Assembly: GCA_028534125.1 (NCBI GenBank)
Contig: CM052818.1
Span: forward strand, 30,506,001 to 30,570,000
Origin: Lama glama
Lineage: Eukaryota
Direction of reading: 5' to 3'
DNA: 64,000 bases
A program made the position numbers and the translations under genes. A model generated the notes under the pieces. The model was not told where the DNA came from, searched no databases, and saw nothing but the letters and a program-made list of their open reading frames with translations. Positions 48,541 through 60,900 of this stretch are shown here, piece by piece (within the stretch, counting starts at the first letter, position 1; each line of letters starts with the position of its first letter).

Positions 48541-50755
48541 TAACTCTTAAACTTACCTACTTAGTTGCTACAAATTCCTTGCCTCCATCCAGATCCTTCC
48601 TTGGTGCTGCAAGAAAAGTTTTAGTTGTTTCTGCCTGTGCAACCTCAATAAATGTTTAAAGGACCAGATTGTACTTTACTTGGAAAGTTGGAGTTGTTAT
48701 AGCACTAAACAGTAACACAGGGCGGCTTTTACAAAAGGGCAAATGAATAGTGAGTACTGATATGAGAGAATACTCCTGGAAAAAGATGAGGCTGGTTGAA
48801 CCTTCAGGTACTTTCTTGGTGGGACCCTCAAATTGTAGTCAGCCTTCCAATGCAAGAAACAGGTTTTGTCTGTGTTTTCAGAGAGCACAAGATTGTCCAG
48901 GCCCAGTTCACCCAAGTGACATTCACTAGAGATTTCTGTGTAAACCTGAATGACAGTTTTTTATTTTCAGAGGAGAACATGCTTGTCCAGAGGCCCAAAT
49001 ATTTGTGTTTGTATTGAGGGCATGTTCTCCCCAAGGCACAGAGAATCAAAAACATCACAAGCATTTTGCTTGGTGAATTTTGAATCAGAGCAAAGGATGT
49101 TGGGAAGACTGGGAGGAAAGATTACCTTAATGTGACTTAGGCATCAACCCATATAGTTCAGTGTCTTCAGTGTATCTCCTTTGGACCAGGTGGGATTAAT
49201 ATTTGTCAGTGCTTGCTCTTTAGTGTCTTTTGTTCACATATCTAAATAGGATCAATTAGGTAGCAGGTTTTCTTCCCCCTTAAGATTATTCATACCTTGA
49301 TTTGATTCCTAAGTCATTCTTCCCTGCTTTGATCAAGCAGTGATCATTCCTCTTTAGGTAAAGATGTCCTTCATTTCATGAGACTTTTCCTAGTTCAACT
49401 TCTAGATGGTAACTTAGTTGAAAGTCCCAGGGCACTCCACTCTAGCTGCCAGCCAGGAACCAAGCAAATGGGAGGAGCTCTAGGCCGGTGATCCCCAGAC
49501 GGAGAACCCAACTGGAGATAAAACTGTGAGGAAGTTTTCCCTGGTAGAAGTCACTTAGAAAGCTCTAATTAAGGCTATAATGGCTTTGTCAGTCATTTGT
49601 CCATAGCTGTTGCCTGTACCTCTATCTCTGGAGGACCATTTTAAATAGGACTCTTGTGTCACTCATCCTGATAGAATTATCTTCTGTTTAGGAGACAATG
49701 TGGAGTAAAACTATCCATAAAAGGCACATAGAATGACATGCACACTTGTTGGGATGGCTGTGCCACAGGTAGGCTTCTAGGGTTATTACTTGAGGTACAT
49801 GGATGTGAGATGAGGTGAGATGGTGTGAGGAGATAATACCTAAATATAATGTCATAAATCAGTGGAAGAATTGACACTAGAATTTAGAAACATATGCTAG
49901 CATGTTTTCAGCTCCAAATTACATTACAGAAGCTGGAAATAGGTCAGAATTTCTAATGGTTAGTTTATGGTCAGGAAAACCAAGTTGAGAGCCAAAGGAA
50001 GACCTATGTGAACTCAACTAAATAAACAGCTGGGGAGAAGGGAAAACACCTTGACTGTGGCTCTGTGGTGGGCTCCCCATGTCTTTCCCATTCAGTGCCC
50101 ATTGTCATAGTCCACCTGGCCTCTCAGGGGCTGTGCTGAAGACTCCATTGGCCTGACCGCCTCTCGGGCAGGTACAATGAGATGCTAAACAGTGTTTGAA
50201 ATACAACTTTAGCTTGTGGCATTTACAGATGCTCTCCCTGACTTGTATCTCCACCAGTCTACTGGTTTCAATTAGACATCTTGTTTCCAAAAAGAAAGAC
50301 TTGTACTGTGAAACCAACTGCCTTTGTGCTTTTGAAAATACATTACCCCTGGGTCCAAGCCAGGCTCTGTCTTTGGAGATGGTAGGAGAGTTGAGTTACT
50401 GTCCAGGTAAGAACCATCTGACCTCAAGCCGTTCTGTATCAGGTTCTGCTTGAGGTTTGAACTCGCCCTGGGACCACAAGTTCTGATTAACTTCCAAGGT
50501 GGGAGGTTTAAGGAAAGGTTTATTGAAGATACAAGGAGGCCCACTGTTGAGGCCCAAAATGGCCTCAGGCTTTTGTTGAAGAAGCCATAGAGACCCCGCC
50601 TGATGGTAAAGCTCGTCCAGATTCCCAGTGTCTAACATGGTCCTGGGGCAGCGAGCCCAGAGCTTGAATTCGGTTCTGGAACAGAGGTTCTAGCCACTCA
50701 TTTGCAGGACTGTGCAGGTCCATGGCAACGTTTTCACCTGGTGGCCCTGAAATAC

Positions 50756-50988
50756 CAGTGTCAGGTCTTCAACTGCTCTTTATAGAATGAAAAATACTCT
50801 TTTATTCTGTAATTGTGTTTTTCTACTTTTTTGATGTCAAAATATTTTTTGTATGAAATTGTTATAATGATAAATGTTAGTTTTAAAATATTGTATTCAA
50901 TCAGCCAAGTAAAAGGTTGGCAATTCTTGGGTCCCAATTTGAAAAAATTAAATGTAGTCTGTGAAATTTCAAAGTGTAGGAACCACTG
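50756..50988. mobile_element. Possible hAT-Charlie MITE
   Basis: Ends 'cagtg...' and '...aggaaccactg' enclose an AT-rich interior. Confidence 0.4.
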
Positions 50989-52095
50989 TTGTTGGTGTTC
51001 CAAGGAAAAATAGGTTTCCCAGAGGCATGGGACTAGGTGGGAGTGTTTTTTAGAAGACGTATGTTTAAAGCTCCTTGCTTCTAGATTCATTCACGTCCTA
51101 CTCCCCATATGCACTGTTGCTTTTTACACTTTATCTGCCCTTAGATTGACCCAGTTTCCTCCTTGTGTGGACCTTCTTCTCCAAGAACACAGTGAACTTG
51201 GCCCAGCAGAGCTGTGGTCTGTGTCCACCCTCATAGCTTATGTCCTTTGATGTTTGCACTTCTGCCTGACTAATGGCCTGTCCATTCTCCTTCAAGACGC
51301 AGAAGGGATGTCTTCTGTTCTTCCTAATGATATTTTTGGCCAAGTATTAAGGAAGGGATCATGTTAATATATAAAGTGTCCCATGGAACAGATTCTAATT
51401 TGGTGATACAATTCAACAGTGCTGTGCAGCCCTAGATATCTTCCAGAAGGATCTAATCTACTATCATGTCTAAAAAATCCTAAGTCACTTTTCAAGAGTT
51501 TTCCAGAAAAAATATAGTTGAGGCTTGATATCACCAGAGAATGGTGGCACACTGGCATAGTTTAATAGAGCTGAACAGCCCACTGTCGTAAAAATAATTC
51601 ATTTGATCATCATTTTCTTATCTCATCAAGCATTTCATAGGATCTTGAGGAAATGGGATAGGGGCAGGTAGTTATGATGTAGGAATGAGATGGAATATGC
51701 ATTAGAGTGTTCCTTTCTAGCTAGCTTAAGTTTCCATTCTGGGTAGAGGAGGTTGCTGAAAAAAATCATGATGTGTATGTGAGTGTCTGTGTGTGTGTGT
51801 CCAAGCACAAGGAGGTAATGATGATTTATGAATAAAAAGACAGGAGCTAAAATAAGATATTATGTATTCCCAAATGTGTGTATCAAAAGCATTAGCCACA
51901 AAAATCTTCCTGCTTCACAATTATGTCCAGGTCTGGCTTTTAGGGTATAGAGCAGATCTACCCATAACATCTGTGGGGCTGAGTAACAGTCAGATTGAAG
52001 CCCTAATTCCCTATGTCTAAATATTTAAAAGTTACAAGTTAAGCCAATGAACCATTAAATAAAGCATGTTCTATCTTTCTAACTTGACAAATACT

Positions 52096-52282
52096 CAATT
52101 GATCCTCATTATTTGTGGATTTTGTATTTTCAAATTTGCCTCCTCATTAAAATTTATTTATAACCCCCAAATCAGTACTTGCAACCCTGTCATGGTCATT
52201 CACAAACATGCACAGAGTGGTGAAAAATTTGAATTGCTCAATGTGCATGTACCCTACTGAGGTCAAACAAGGTGATACTGCC
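52096..52282 (+). mobile_element. TcMar-Tigger element 5' part (MER82-like), truncated by L1
   Basis: 'ttgatcctcattatttgtggattttgtatt...aaaatttatttataacccccaaatca...catgcacagagtggtgaaaaatttga...tgaggtcaaacaaggtgatac'. Confidence 0.75.
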
Positions 52283-52706
52283 TTTTTTTTAAATTGAGAT
52301 ATAATTGATAAAAATAGTTTATTTGTATGAAACAGTTTCAGCTGTACAACCCAAGGATTCATTGTATTTGTATGTATTGTGAAATGGTCACCGCAATAAG
52401 TCTAGTTAATACTAGTTATAATTTTTTTTCTTAAGGTGAGAGCTTTTAAGATCTACTCTCCTAGCAAATATACAATACTGTATTATTAACTATATTCACC
52501 ATGCTGTACATTACATTCTCAGGAATTATTTATAACTGGAAGTTTGTACCTTTTGACTCCTTTACCCATTTTGCCAATCCCCCACCCCAGCATCTGGCAG
52601 CCACCAGACTGTTCACTGTATCCATGAAGTCTGTCTTTCTTTCTTTTTCTTCCTCCCTCCCTCCCTCCCTCCCTTCATCCATCCATCCATCCATTCCTTT
52701 CTTTCT

Positions 52707-52806
52707 NNNNNNNNNNNNNNNNNNNNNNNNNNNNNNNNNNNNNNNNNNNNNNNNNNNNNNNNNNNNNNNNNNNNNNNNNNNNNNNNNNNNNNNNNNNNNN
52801 NNNNNN
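52707..52806. other. Assembly gap (100 N) adjoining a pyrimidine-rich simple repeat
   Basis: N run preceded by (CCTC)n/(CCAT)n/(CTTT)n. Confidence 0.99.
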
Positions 52807-54086
52807 TTCACTTAGCATAATGCTATCAAGGTCCATACATGTTATTGCAAGATTCTCTTCTTTTGTATGGCTAAATAATATTCTATTGTATATGTATTCC
52901 ACATTTTTTTTATCCATTCATCCATCAGTGGATACTTAGGTTATTCCCATTTATTGGCTATTGTAAATAATGATGCAGTGAACAAGGGGGTACAGATATC
53001 TTTTCAAGTTAGTGTTTTTAGTTTTCTTCAGATAAATACCCAGAAGAAGAATTGCTGGAACATATGGTAGATCTATTTTTGATTTTTCAAGGAACCTCCA
53101 TACTGTTTTCCATAGTGACTGTATAATTTACATTCCTAGCAATAGTGCACAAGGGTTCTCTTTTTTCTGCATTTATCCAACACTTATTACTTCTTGTCTT
53201 TTCTATAATAACTGTTCTAACTGGTGTGAGGTGATATTTCATTATGGTTTTAATTTGCATTTTCTTGGTGAGTACTGATGTTGAAAATCTTTTCATATTA
53301 TCTATTGACCATCTGTATGTCTTCTTTGGAAAATGTCTTCTCAGATCCTCTGCCCATTTTTTTTGTTTGTTTTTGCTCTGAAGTTGAATGAGTTCTTCAT
53401 ATATTTCAGATATTAACCACTTGTCAGATGACTTTCACATATTTCCTCTCACTTGATTGGTTACCTTTTCATTTTAATGATGGTTTTCCTTGCTGTGCAG
53501 AAGTTTTTAGTTTGATATAGTTCAACTTGTTTATTTTTGCTTGTTATCTTTGTTTTTGGCGTCAAACCCGAGAAGTCGTCACCAAGACCACTGTTAAGGA
53601 GCTTACTGGCTATATTTCATTCCAGGAGTTTTATGTTTTCATGCCTTACATTCAGGTCTTTATTTTGAGTTAGTTTTTGTGTATGGTGTGAGAGAGTGGT
53701 CCAGTTTCATTCTTTTGCTTGTGGCTGTCCAGTTTTCCCAACATCATTTGTTGAAGAAACTGTCCTTTACCCCACTGTATATTCTTTACTCCTTTGCAAA
53801 AATTATATTGACCATATGCATAGGTTTACTTCTGGGCTTTCTATTCTACTCCATTGATCTATGTGTCTGTTTTTTATGATAATACCGTACTCTTTTAAAT
53901 GCTATAGCTTTGTAATAAAGTTTGAAATCAGGAAGTGTAATGCCTCAAGTTTTGTTCTTTTATCTCAAGGTTTCCTTGGTCATGTGGAGTCTTTTATAGG
54001 TCCATACAAATTTCAGGGTTGTTTTTCTATTTCTGTGAAAAATGCTCTTGGAATTTCAATAGGTATAGCATTGAATCTGTATATTG

Positions 54087-54433
54087 TGTTGACTTAAAAT
54101 AAATAGACTGCCAGCTTTTTCTCCAGAAAAAAAAAATTTTAGTCAGAATCAGCAGAGAATTGCAATTCAGGATCTGCAACCATGGTGTTCCATGTGCAAG
54201 TTCCCACAGAGGAAAGAAAGGAGCACTCTTTTATAGAGAATAAAGGAAGTTGGGAGGGCTACCATAAACAAAAAATCCATGGCTTTTCATTTGCTGAATT
54301 GTTACCAGGAAATAAGTGGAGTCTTTCTACTTCCTGTTGAGCTCTGCTGTCATCCAAGGGTATGAGAGGTCCCACTTCTGGTCCTCTGACTCTATTTAAT
54401 TGAAGAGTCTATTTATTAGTTTTTTTTTTCACA
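54087..54433 (-). mobile_element. ERV1-class solo LTR nested in L1, with a 4-bp TSD
   Basis: TG...CA termini and perfect TSD ATTG at 54083-54086 and 54434-54437. L1 ORF2 resumes directly after it. Confidence 0.85.
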
Positions 54434-55660
54434 ATTGCTGTGATTAATATGGCCATTTTAATGATATCAATTCTTCCAAACTATGAACATGGAATATCTT
54501 TCCATTTATTTGTGTCTTACTCAGTTTCCTTCATCAGTGTTTTATAGTTTTCAGTGTGCAGGTCTTTCACCTCTTTGGTCAGATTTATTCCAAGGTATTT
54601 TTTTCTTTTGGATGCAATTGTAAATGGGATATTCTTAAATTTTTCTTTCTGATAGTTTGTTAGTAGTGTATAGAAATGCAGCAGATTTCTGTATATTGAT
54701 TTTGTATTCTGAAACTTTACTAAATTTATTTATTAGCTCTAACAGGTTTTTTTTTTGGTAGAATCTTTATTGTTTTGTGTATATAAGATCATGTCATCTG
54801 TGAACAGAGACCATTTTATCTTTTCCTTTCCTTTTTGGATGCCTTTTATTTCTTTTTATTTCCTGATTACTGTGGCTAGGACTTCCAGTACTTATGTTGA
54901 ATAAAAGTGGCAGGAGTGGGCATCCTTATCTTGTTCCTGATCTTGGAAGAAAAGCTTTTATTTTTTCACCACTGAGTGTGATGTTATCTGTGGGCTTGCA
55001 ATATATAGCCTTTATTATGTTGTGTTACATTCCTTCTATATCCACTTGTTGAAAGTTTTTATCATAAATGGATGTTGAATCTTGTTCAGTGCTTTTTCTA
55101 CATCTATTGAGGTGATAATATGATATTATCTTTTATTTTATTAATATGGTGTATCACATTGATTGATTTGTGGATGTTGAACCATCCTTGCATCACTGGA
55201 ATAAATCCCACTTGATCATGATGTATGATCCTTTTAATGTATTGTTGAGTTTGGTTTGCTGGGTTTTTTTGAGGATTTTTGCATCTATGTTAATCAGGGA
55301 TATTGACTTGTAATTTTCTTTTCTTGTGACACTGTTGTTGGGTTTTGGTATCAAAGTAAAGCTGGCCTTGTAAAATGAGTTTGGGAGTGTCTCCTCCTCT
55401 TCTTTTTTTGGTAAGAGTTGGAGAAGAGTTGGCATTAAATCGTCTTTAAATGTTTGATAGAATTCACCAGTGAAGGCACCTGGCCTTGAAGTTTTGTTTG
55501 TTGGGAGGTTTTTGATTATTGATTCAATCTCCTTGTTAGTAATTGGTCTGTTCAGATTTTCTGTTTCTCATGATTCAGCCTTGGTAGGTTGTATGTTTCT
55601 TGGAATTTATCCATTTCTAGGTTGACAAATTTGTTAGTGTATAATTATTCATAATAGTCT

Positions 55661-57460
55661 TAATGTGTGACATCAATAGCATAAAATGTAGAGGGAAGAG
55701 AATTAAAAGTGTAGAGTTTTTCTATGTTTGTATCTTTGAAGGTAAACTGTTATCAGTTTAAAATAGATTATTACATCTATAAGATATTTATGTAAGCCTC
55801 ATGGTAAACACAAGGGAAAAAACCTATCACTGGTATGCAAAAGATAGAGAAAGAAATTAAGGTAAACCATTACAAAAATAAATCACAAAGACAGCAAGAG
55901 AGGAAGAAAAAAGAACTACAAAAAGTAAAAAAACAACAAAATCACAATAGCAAGTCCTTATCTATCAATAATTATTTTTTAAATTTAAAAAATTGAATTA
56001 TAGTTGATTTACAATGTGTTAGTTTCTAGTGTACAGCAAAGTGGTTCCTATATATGTGTGCATGTGTATGTGTAGATCTATTCTTTTAGGAAGATTCTTT
56101 TCTATTATAGTTTATTACAAGATATTGAATATAGTTTCCTGTGTTGTACAGTAAATCCTTGCTGTTCATCTACTTTATATATAGTGGTGTATATCTGTTA
56201 ATCCCATTCTCCTAATTTATCCCTCCCCTCTCTCTTCCCCTTTTTGGTAATCGTAAGCTTGTTTCCTATGTCTGTGAGTCTGTTTCTGTTCTAAGTTCAT
56301 TTGTGTCATTTTTTAGATTCCACATATAAGTGATATCATATGATATTTGTCTTTGACTTCATTTAGTTTGACAGTCTCTAGGTCCATCCACGTTAGTGCA
56401 ATCAATAATTACTTTATAAGTAAGTGGACTAAATTTTATAATCAAAAGATACAAAGTGACTGAGTGGAGTAAAAAAACCAAGATCTAACATTATGCTCCC
56501 TACAAGAGACTCATTTTAGCTCTAAGGACCCACATACATTGAAAGTGAAGGGATAAAAAAATATTGCAAGCGTATGCTAACCCAAAGAGAACAGAGGTAG
56601 CTATAATTATATCACATGAAGTAGACTTCAAGTCAATTTGAGACAAAGAAAATTGTTATATAATAATGTGTCAATTCATAAAGAGGATATAAAAATTATA
56701 AATACATATGCACCCAACATGTGAGCATCTAAACATAAAAAGCAAATTTTAACAGGCCTGAAAGGAGATACAGACAGAACTATAATAATAGTAAGGGGCT
56801 TCAGTACTCCACTTTCAACAGTGGAGATAGGTCATCAAGCAGAAAATTAATAAGGAAACAGTGGACCTGAATAACACTACAGACCAATTGGACCTAACAG
56901 ACTTTTACAGAGTATTCCATCCAAATAGCATCAGAAACATTAATCTTCTTAAGCACACATGGAACATTATGGAGGATAGATCATATATTGGGTTACAGAA
57001 CAAACCTTAACAAATTAAAGAAGATTGAACTATCTACCATCTTTTTTGACCACAATTTCTCAAAGAACTGAGAAAAAGAAGAACAAAGTAAGCCCAAAGT
57101 TAGCAGAAGGGAGAAAATAATAAAGATTAGAGCTGAAGTAAATGAGATAGAGTCTAGAATGACAATAGAAAAAAATCAAAGAAATTAAGAGCTGGCTTTT
57201 AAAAAAGATAAACAACAACCAAAAATACTTTGGCTAGACTAACCAAGGAAAAACCCCAAAAGACTCAAATAAACACAACTACAAATCAAAAAGGAGATAC
57301 TAAAGCTGATATGACAGAAATACAAAGGTATTAAGAGACTACTATAAGCAATTATATGCCAACAAATTGGATAATCTAGAAGAAATGAATACATTTATAA
57401 AAACTACAACCTACTAAGATTGAATCATGAAGAAGTAGAAAATCTGAATAGATTAATTAA
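55661..57460 (+). mobile_element. L1 inter-ORF region and ORF2 N-terminal part (EN domain), sense orientation
   Basis: 'atcaataattactttataagtaagtggactaaatt...ctacaagagactcattttag...tatgcacccaaca...aagcacacatggaacatt'. Confidence 0.9.
55979..56400 (-). mobile_element. Younger L1 3' fragment nested in L1, with TSD
   Basis: Antisense L1 3' end. TSD atcaataatta(t/c)ttt at 55964-55978 and 56401-56415. Confidence 0.9.
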
Positions 57461-58679
57461 TTACCTAACAAAGACAACTAATTACCTAATTAATGATGAA
57501 TCTCACATCTTGAAGGTGATTTTTTCATGTAAATGAAATTCTGAGGCTTTTGAATATAAATGCAAGAGTTTGGCACCTGCCTTTTAATTGTATGTTTTCA
57601 GGCAGGATTATTGGAACAATATAGCTGATTTATGAGCCATGATAAAGTGAAAAGTCATGTGTATGATATTAAGAATTATTACAAAGTATTCTAATTATAA
57701 TTAATTAGATTTCCCTAGAATAAGAATGATGAAGGAGGTAAAGTTGAAACCTAAACTTCAAGTGCTAATAAGAAATTTTAGCAGGTGTAGTGGAAGGAGA
57801 CTAATGAAGTTGGTAATATTTAAATGGATGCAAGATGGGATCTTCTTATGCAGGAATATATGTATGTATGTGTGTAGTCATGTGTGTATGTTCTATGTGC
57901 ACATGAATTCTGTATGTTACTCATACACACACACATACACATCTTAATGAATTGTGCATTTGCTTCTTCATTCAGCATCTATTTTATCTCAGGTGCTAGA
58001 TGAATGGTGCTAATACAAAATTAAAAAAACTAGTGTTTATTGAAAGTTTATATTTTTAAAGCACTATGTTGAGAGCTTTAGAGTAGCTCGTTAAATTCTC
58101 CAAAGAACACTTAGGGGAAGATACTTGTAAGGAACATCTGTAACTTTTTAAAGGATAGCATAAAAATACATTTTTATTTTTCTTTGCCATCCATGAATAA
58201 CAATGATTGTTATGGTTGTAGTTTTAGCTCCTGACATAAATTGACCTAGAAAGAGTCAAATTTACATCTATCCCCACAAAAGGATAACTTTTTTAACAGA
58301 CAGCTTTGTCTTCAAAACTTGTGACGTGCAGCTTGAGGTATTCTTCTATGTATTAATAGAAAAAAAGGGTAATGACAAAATTAGAGTATAGTGCCGGCTA
58401 TAGCTGCCACTTTAAAGTTATACCTGTTTCTGACTTTGTGATCTTTGTAGACATGCCACTTTTATCTTTAGAAAAGAATATTTTGCTTGAGAGTAAATAC
58501 AGCACTACTAGCAACCTTGGGAAAAATTAATAATCGCCTTAGGTATAGATGTGGAAATAGTATTTATGAATATTATTTTTTAAACCATTTTAGAGAAAGA
58601 TGGAGACATCACAGTCCTTTGTTTTTAATACTTTAGTATGTATTTCGTGGTAACTAGCACATTTGGCTGTTACAACTAC

Positions 58680-60610
58680 AGCTTCATGTTTGTGTATTTA
58701 CATTTTTATTTCTTTTGGTAAACATCAAGGAGTGGAGTTGCTGGATCATAGAACAAATTTATGTTTAACTCTGTAAGACAGTGTCTATATTTTGGCCAAC
58801 ATTTAGTGGTGCCAATATTTTTATTTTCAGCCATTCTGGTTGCTATGTAATGATATTTCATAATGGCTTTAATTTGAATTTATCTAATGACTAATGATAT
58901 TGAGAACTTTTTCATGTGGTTATGTGCTATTTGTTTATCTTCTTTTGTGAAGTGCATGCTCAAGTATTTTGCCCATATTTTAGTTGGTTTGTCTTTTTAT
59001 TTTTTTCATTTTGTCTTTTCATTATTGAGCCGCATAACATATATTCTAGGTATGAGTACTGATCCAAAAGTACTTGGTCAGAAAGGTAAAAAAGATTATC
59101 TCCTATGTTTTCTGCTGTAAGTTTTATAACTTTAGGTTTTACATTTAGCTCTATTTTGGGTTATTTTTATAAATGGTATGCTTTATGGGCCAAGCCCATA
59201 TTTTTGGTATATGAATATCCAATTTTCTCAGCACTGCTTGTTGAACAGTTTTTCCTTTCTCAATTGAATTGTCTTTGAAGCTTTGTCTAACTCAACTGAC
59301 CATATTTATGGATCTATTTCTGGATTGTGTTATATTTAACTGTATTTCTTACCTTTCACCAATACTGCATTATCTTGATCACTATTGTTTTTTAGTATGT
59401 CTTGAAATCAGCTCATATAAGTCTTCCAGCTTTGTTCTTTTTCCCCAAATTATTTTGGCTGTTTTAGTTCTTTTGCTTTTCCATATAAGTTTAGAATAAA
59501 CTTGACATTATTGCTGAAATTCGTCCTGTAATTTTGATTGTGAGTACATTGAATCTATGGATTAAGTGGGAGAGAACAGACATTTTAGCAATGTTGAATC
59601 TTCCAAAGAATTCTTTTATTTTTCAGGAGTGGGTGTTGAATTTTATTCAAAGCTTTTTCTGTATTCATTGAGATGAACGTATAGCTTTTCTGTTTACACT
59701 GTTACTTTAATCTGTGAATTACATTAATTGGTTTTCAAATGTAGAACCCACCTCCTGTCTTGGGAAAAACACTACTTTTTCTTGATGTATAATGACCTTT
59801 ATAAAAAATATATTGTCATATTCAATTTGCTAGTATGTTATTCATATATGTTCACAAGGAATATTGGTCTGATTTTCTTTCTTATAATGTCTTTGCCTCT
59901 GGTTTTGGTATTAGGGAAATGTTAACTTAATAAAATTAATTTGAACATGTTCTCTCCTCTTCTATTTTCAGGAAGAGTTTGCATATAACTGGTATTGTTT
60001 CTTCCTTAAATGTTTGGCCAATAAAGCCATCAGGGCCTGGAGGTTTCTTTGTGAGAATATTTTTTATTGCAAATTAGATTTCTTTAATAGAGAAAGGAAT
60101 TATTTAGGTTATCAGTTTTTTAAACTGAGCTTTGGTAGTTTATGCCTTTCAAGGAACTCACTCATTTTATCTAAGTTGTTGAATTTATGAGCATATAGTC
60201 ATTCAAAATACTCTCTTACTATCTTTTTAATATATGTAGAATCTGTGTGTTGCCTCTTTCATTCCTGATACTGGGAATTTGTGTCCTCTTTCCCTCTCTC
60301 TCTCAGTCTCTCAATCATTTGAGCTAGAAGTTTATAATATTAAAAAAATCTTATTAGAGAATCAAGGTTTACTTCCATTGATTTTTCTGTATTGCTTTTG
60401 TGTTTTCAATTTATTTCTTTCACTCTTATTTTTTATTATTTTTTCCTTCTGTATTTTGGGGCTGTTTAATTTGCTCTTCATTCTCTAATTTCTTACAGAT
60501 GGAAATTTAAATTATTATAAAATCTTCTATTGTCTAAGATAAGCATTTTAATACTACACAATTTCCTCTAAATAATGTTTTACTGCATCTACACATTTTG
60601 ATATGTTTAT
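58680..60610 (-). mobile_element. Old L1M ORF2 fragments
   Basis: Antisense ORF2 'ggagtggagttgctggatcata...aatgactaatgatattgagaac...cagggcctggaggtttctttgtg'. Confidence 0.85.
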
Positions 60611-60614
60611 TATG

Positions 60615-60900
60615 CCACTAGGCTCTGGAGACTGATGTGGAATTAAAGTCCCCCACTTCTTGGGGAGAACCTCTGCAGTTGTGATTATCCTCCCGTTTGT
60701 GGGTTGCCTGGGAGTACAGATCTTGACAGTACTGTTTCTCCACTCCTCCTACCTGTTGTTATTCACTCTATATCTTTAGTTGTAGGAGATCTTTTCTGCT
60801 AGTCTTCAGGTTGTTCTCATTGATAGTTGTTTTGTAAATAGTTCTCATTTTGGTGTACCTGTGGGAGAAGGTGAACTCAGGGTCTTCCTACTCTGCCTCC
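60615..60900 (-). mobile_element. L1 5'UTR terminal fragment
   Basis: 'ggggagaacctctgcagttgtgattatcctcccgtttgtggg...gggagaaggtgaactcagggtcttcctactctgcc' resembles an antisense laurasiatherian L1 5' end. Confidence 0.7.

Larger units (their letters stand above)
52283..55660 (-). mobile_element. L1 (L1MA-like) 3'UTR and most of ORF2, antisense
   Basis: Poly-T start at ~52283. ORFs 53087-53296 and 55193-55435 (TLPNSFYKASFTLIPKP...[20 protein letters not shown]) are L1 ORF2p. Confidence 0.95.

Noticed and set aside
52501..52917. ORFs containing X runs
   Set aside because: Artefacts of the 100-N gap within an L1.
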